Made by a program: the position numbers and the translations under genes
The notes under the pieces: model-generated
What the model was told of the DNA's origin: nothing
Databases searched by the model: none
What the model saw: only the letters and a program-made list of their open reading frames with translations
Assembly: GCA_012295275.1 (NCBI GenBank)
Contig: CM022670.1
Span: 36,704,001 to 36,768,000 of the forward strand
Origin: Chrysomallon squamiferum
Taxonomy: Eukaryota; Animalia; Mollusca
Reading direction: 5' to 3'
Length of the DNA: 64,000 nt
Shown here: positions 59,141-64,000 of the stretch, in pieces
How the letters are laid out: every line of letters starts with the position of its first letter
How positions within the stretch are numbered: position 1 is the stretch's first letter

Positions 59141-60314
59141 TTGAAAGAAAGAACAACTGTTTTATTTGTCTCTATAACCAACACATTGTTAAACTGTACC
59201 TGAGGTAGTTTTAATATAAATGAATTATCTTCAAAAATTCTTTAAACCTCATAGTTGCTGTTTTATTGTTTTGAGTGACCCATTATATTTAAGAACTTGA
59301 CATGGCAGTAAAATAATACTATCACAACATATGAATGACACTGTTTTACCATTTCACAAATGGCACTGACATCAACAAACCATGTTTCATCAATGGATAC
59401 ATGGCAGACTCACAACTTTAAAGCTAAACTGTCCATCTTGTACCCAGTAATACACTCTTAAACTGCACTCTTTTTTTTTTTGCTATAATCCATTATTTAT
59501 TAAAACTGGACCGAAAGAAACAAATAAATGGGAAACACTCTAACCATATTTATACTAGTTCTTTGCATCACCAAACAGATACTTTAAAAAATCATTTACA
59601 AACGTTAAACCACTTAGAGAAAACTAGCAGCCATTACGAATGACTATTTTTCAGTTGATGGCAAGAGGTGTTTCACATCCTCATACAAAGATGATTGCCT
59701 GAACCTTCCACAGGGAACTGAATCCACCGGAGACACAGAATATTGGACTGAAAATGACTTTGTAAATACTACAATATAAATAAATGCTGGGCTAGTTCAG
59801 AAGTCAAATTGTTCAGGTATTTAGGAGCTAAAAGAAAAAGGCAACAAGGGGAGGAAAAAAAAGAAGATAATTGGAAAAAGTTGATTTGAAGACAGTAAGC
59901 ACTATAAGCAGGTGTATTGACAGATGGTGTATCTGAAAACAAAGTATTAGTTTCTCTAAGAAATACCTGATAAAAATCAATCAGACCCAGTATAAAGAGG
60001 TTAATGTTTATCTAAATTTAAACAATATCTCAAGAACTGTTTGGCCAATAGTATTAGTGAAATATATCTTTATTTAATTCCTCAACAAAAAGAAAACAAA
60101 TAAAAAAGATATATATATATATATATATATAATAAATTTAAAAAAATAAAATATAAATCATTTTAAAATCGAATGAAAAATCCCTGAAGAAATCTTTTTT
60201 AATTCACCAAAACAAAACAAAAATAAAATTAAATTAAATTAAATTAAATAAATAAATAAATATTTAAAAACTACAAGCTATGTGGTAACCTAACATTACT
60301 ACAGAGATAAATTA

Positions 60315-60641
60315 AATGTATTAACAAATGACAGAATGTATTAACAAATGACAGAATGTATTAACAAATGACAGAATGTTTTAACAAATGACAGAATGTA
60401 TTAACAAATGACAGAATGTTTTAACAAATGACAGAATGTATTAACAAATGACAGAATGTTTTAACAAATGACAGAATGTATTAACAAATGACAGAATGTT
60501 TTAACAAATGACAGAATGTATTAACAAATGACAGAATGTATTAACAAATGACAGAATGTATTAACAAATGACAGAATGTATTAACAAATGACAGAATGTA
60601 TTAACAAATGACAGAATGTATTAACAAATGACAGAATGTAT
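60315..60641. repeat. Near-perfect 20-bp tandem repeat, ~16 copies
   Basis: aatgt(a/t)ttaacaaatgacag. Confidence 0.97.
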
Positions 60642-60809
60642 TCTTGTTTTCCTAACACAGTTACAGAATGTGTTGTTTAATATCAACAAAATCAACAACA
60701 AAAAAGTATATTTCTTAATAATTATTAACAAACAGAATTCTACAATGTTGTTATCATCAAAAACTTATATACATATATATATATATATATATATAAAGTG
60801 TTAATATTA

Positions 60810-61700
60810 CCAACAGAACTATGAAATAGGTTCAATATCATCAGAAACCTCACAAAAAGAGAACTATGAAATGAATTTTATTTAACCTCATAAAAAGAGA
60901 ACTATGAAATGTTTTAGTTAAAATTACAAAAGAAAATTATTATTAAAAAAATTTTAAATTAATTTAACATCACCATAAGAATAATGAAATGTTTTTTTTA
61001 ATATCAGTGAACAGAAATATGACAACTATGAAATGTGTTTTAACATCACAAGAAAACAACAACCAGAAAACAGTAATGAAGTGTGTTTTATTTAACATCA
61101 CCAAACAGAACTATGAAATGAGTTTTGTTTAACACCACCAAACAGATCTATGAATTATGTTTTATTTAACACCACCAAACAGATCTATGAAATCTGTTTT
61201 ATTTAACACCACCAAACAGATCTATGAAATCTGTTTTATTTAACACCACCAAACAGATCTATGAAATCTGTTTTATTTAACACCACCAAACAGAACTATG
61301 AAATTATGTTTTATTTAACACCATCAAACAGAACTATGAAATTATGTTTTATTTAACACCACCAAACAGAACTATGAATTATTTTTATTTAACATCCACA
61401 AATAGAACTATGAAATATGTCTATTTTAACATCACCAAATAGAACTAGGAAATATGTCTATTTTAACATCACCAAATAGAACTAGGAAATATGTCTATTT
61501 TAACATCACCAAATAGAACTAGGAAATGTGTTTTATTTAACATCGCCAAATAGAACTATGAAATTGTTTTATTTGACAATATCAAAGTGAACCATGAAAT
61601 ATGTTTATGTTAACATCACCAGATAGAACTATTATGTTTTATTTAACAATATCAAAGTGAACCATGAAATATGTTTTATTTAACATCACCAAACAGAAAT
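60810..61700. repeat. ~39-bp minisatellite
   Basis: aacagaactatgaaatatgttttatttaacaccacca-like units, most homogeneous at 61090-61560. Confidence 0.9.
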
Positions 61701-61850
61701 GGGGTGTAATCTAAACTAGATGTTACTAACACAGCAAACAAATAATAAATCCAGAAATAATTGGACAGCGTTACACAAATATCACTGGTAATAAAACACA
61801 TATAAAACATTCTGCATACTGCACACAATTTCTCTGAACCTTTAAACAGC

Positions 61851-61887
<37 letters not shown>

Positions 61888-62356
61888 AATGCTTTATGTG
61901 AATGATCTAACTGTAGCATATACAACAGCTGGAAACCAGAGATTAAAATTTACCACATGTTGAATACCTACATCAAAACATTGCTGCCCTTCGCACCTTA
62001 TGGGTGATTACACGGGGAACTTATTATTAACTGCTGCCAACAAAATGGGAATGAACAAAAATATACAACAAAAAAAAAAAAAAGTCAAACACATCATTTA
62101 TCTTTTCCACTTGCTGGATGCATTTCGTTATGTTCTGAGTGCTTATATATGTGTAAACATGCATTTATAAACTGCAAACATGCTGTTTTTAGTTTGCGTG
62201 CTGCCAAGTTCATGCTTGCATGGTTATAGCTAATTTTTACAAATTAAAGTTGAAATGAATAATGGTAATTTTGGATACTTTCATCATTGCTTGATAATTT
62301 TATATTAACATTTTCACTGATAGCTAACTTTACTTATTATTATTGTTATTATTAAG

Positions 62357-62488
<132 letters not shown>

Positions 62489-62638
62489 GAATCTTTTTAT
62501 TTATAATATTCTTAGAAATTAAATATATTTATTTTTATCCCATTTTCTTGTTTAAATATAATCTAATGTTAAAGATACCAAATGCATTAGACTTAAATTC
62601 CAAGAGATAAATTATGAGTCTGATTAAAAATGTTAGAG

Positions 62639-62716
<78 letters not shown>

Positions 62717-62843
62717 CAGACAGACAGAGACAGACAGACAGACAGACACAGAGAGAGACAGACAGACAAATAGTGTTGAAAATAGAAATAATGAGAGACA
62801 CATCAACAATAATAATAAATGACAAAAACAAAACTGTACTTAC

Positions 62844-63042
62844 AGTCATCAAGTCAGAGTAAAAACAGACATAACATCACAACAACACAGAGACTTTGTT
62901 TTCAGCTGATAACACCATCTCTATATTCCATCCATCAATTCACTTCTCTTTTACCAGGTCATCCATGGATTGCTTATCTCTCCACAATAACAGGTGGAGA
63001 TAAGATCCTAGAGATGATCCACACAACACAAAGCACTTCCAT
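62844..63042 (-). other. Candidate upstream (mostly 5'UTR) exon of the minus-strand gene
   Basis: Non-repetitive island ending ATG ACT|gtaagt (consensus donor, phase 0, compatible with the 54477 acceptor); 5' boundary uncertain. Confidence 0.3.
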
Positions 63043-63349
63043 GTTATTATTATTATTATTATTATTATTATAAAACTTCGATATTGTTAATCTACTGTTA
63101 ACTGCTTCCACTTTGCTTTACTTCTCATTTCGAGAGAGCCAGGCAGAAACTTCTTTGCCTATTTTTCCAATTACTTTATCAGTCACTAGCTCAAAAACCA
63201 ATACACTGGTCTTCTTTGTATTATATAAAAATCTTTACTGAATGGATATTGGCTCTCTGATAGTACATGAAAAACAGCACTCAGCTCCTGTGTTTGTTTT
63301 GTTTGGGAATCAAGTGCAGGTTCAAGTACATATTGACTGACCATGCAGT

Positions 63350-63730
63350 CTCTGGAGGTTTAGAGTTCTCTATGATAGAAATATTGTAAATAAAATTAAA
63401 AATATTAAGAAATGATACAGTCTGTGGAGGTTTAGAGTTCTCTAGATGATAGAAATCTTATAAATAAATAAAAATATTAAGAAATGATACAGTTTGTTGA
63501 GTTTAGAGTTCTCTAGATGATAGAAATCTTGCAAATAAATTAAAAATATTAAGAAATGATACAGTCTATTGAGGATAGAAATCTTTAAAAATATTAAGAA
63601 ATGATACAGTCTATTTATGATAGAAATCTTGCAAATAAATTAACAATATTAAGAAATGATATAAACTGTGGAGGTTTAGAGTTCTCTATATGATAGAAAA
63701 TTTGCTAATAAGTTAAAAGTGTTAAGAAAT
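63350..63730. repeat. Degenerate ~65-bp tandem repeat
   Basis: ggaggtttagagttctctagatgatagaaatctt..aaatattaagaaatgatacagtct units. Confidence 0.8.
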
Positions 63731-64000
63731 AACTTTTCTACACCTCACTCGCAGAAAATTATTTGTGGAGAAGAGCCAAGAAAAGGAAATAAATCCAGTA
63801 GAAAAGTTTTAAACCAGAGATGTCAGCAGCTTCACCAAGGGAAAAAAAAAAAGAAAAAAAAGGAAAAAAAACCCATTTACAACCTGTAATATCATTACTT
63901 TAGTTTAATCACCACATAAATTTTAACTGATAATTCTAGACAAAATAGCATTAGCATAAAGAATTAATTTTCTTTTCTTTCATCAGTGAGCAGATTTAGG

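Noticed and set aside
60315-61700. Regular arrays resembling CRISPR
   Set aside because: Units are contiguous with no unique spacers, there are no cas genes, and the context is eukaryotic.

Overview
AT-rich, microsatellite-dense animal (eukaryotic) DNA. The repeat landscape and SLC6 content look mollusc- or cephalopod-like, but this is inference only. The window is a cluster of intron-split SLC6 (Na+/Cl- neurotransmitter:sodium symporter, glycine-transporter-like) sequences. (1) A + strand GlyT-like gene (461-14414, 5' exon outside the window) has 12 exons and two single-base frameshifts. (2) On the - strand there are two complete head-to-tail SLC6 units. Unit A (54462-39115) is catalytically degenerate. 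Unit B (36925-22172) has canonical motifs and a very long C-terminal tail. Main observation: the last exon of unit A ends in a phase-0 GT donor before any stop codon, and the first exon of unit B starts at a phase-0 AG acceptor with no Met. The two units therefore splice in frame into one ~1750-aa, ~24-TM 'pseudo-transporter + transporter' tandem SLC6 protein. A small ATG-bearing exon (37729-37709) inside the linking intron could also express unit B alone. Most long ORFs in the supplied track are microsatellite or minisatellite artefacts.
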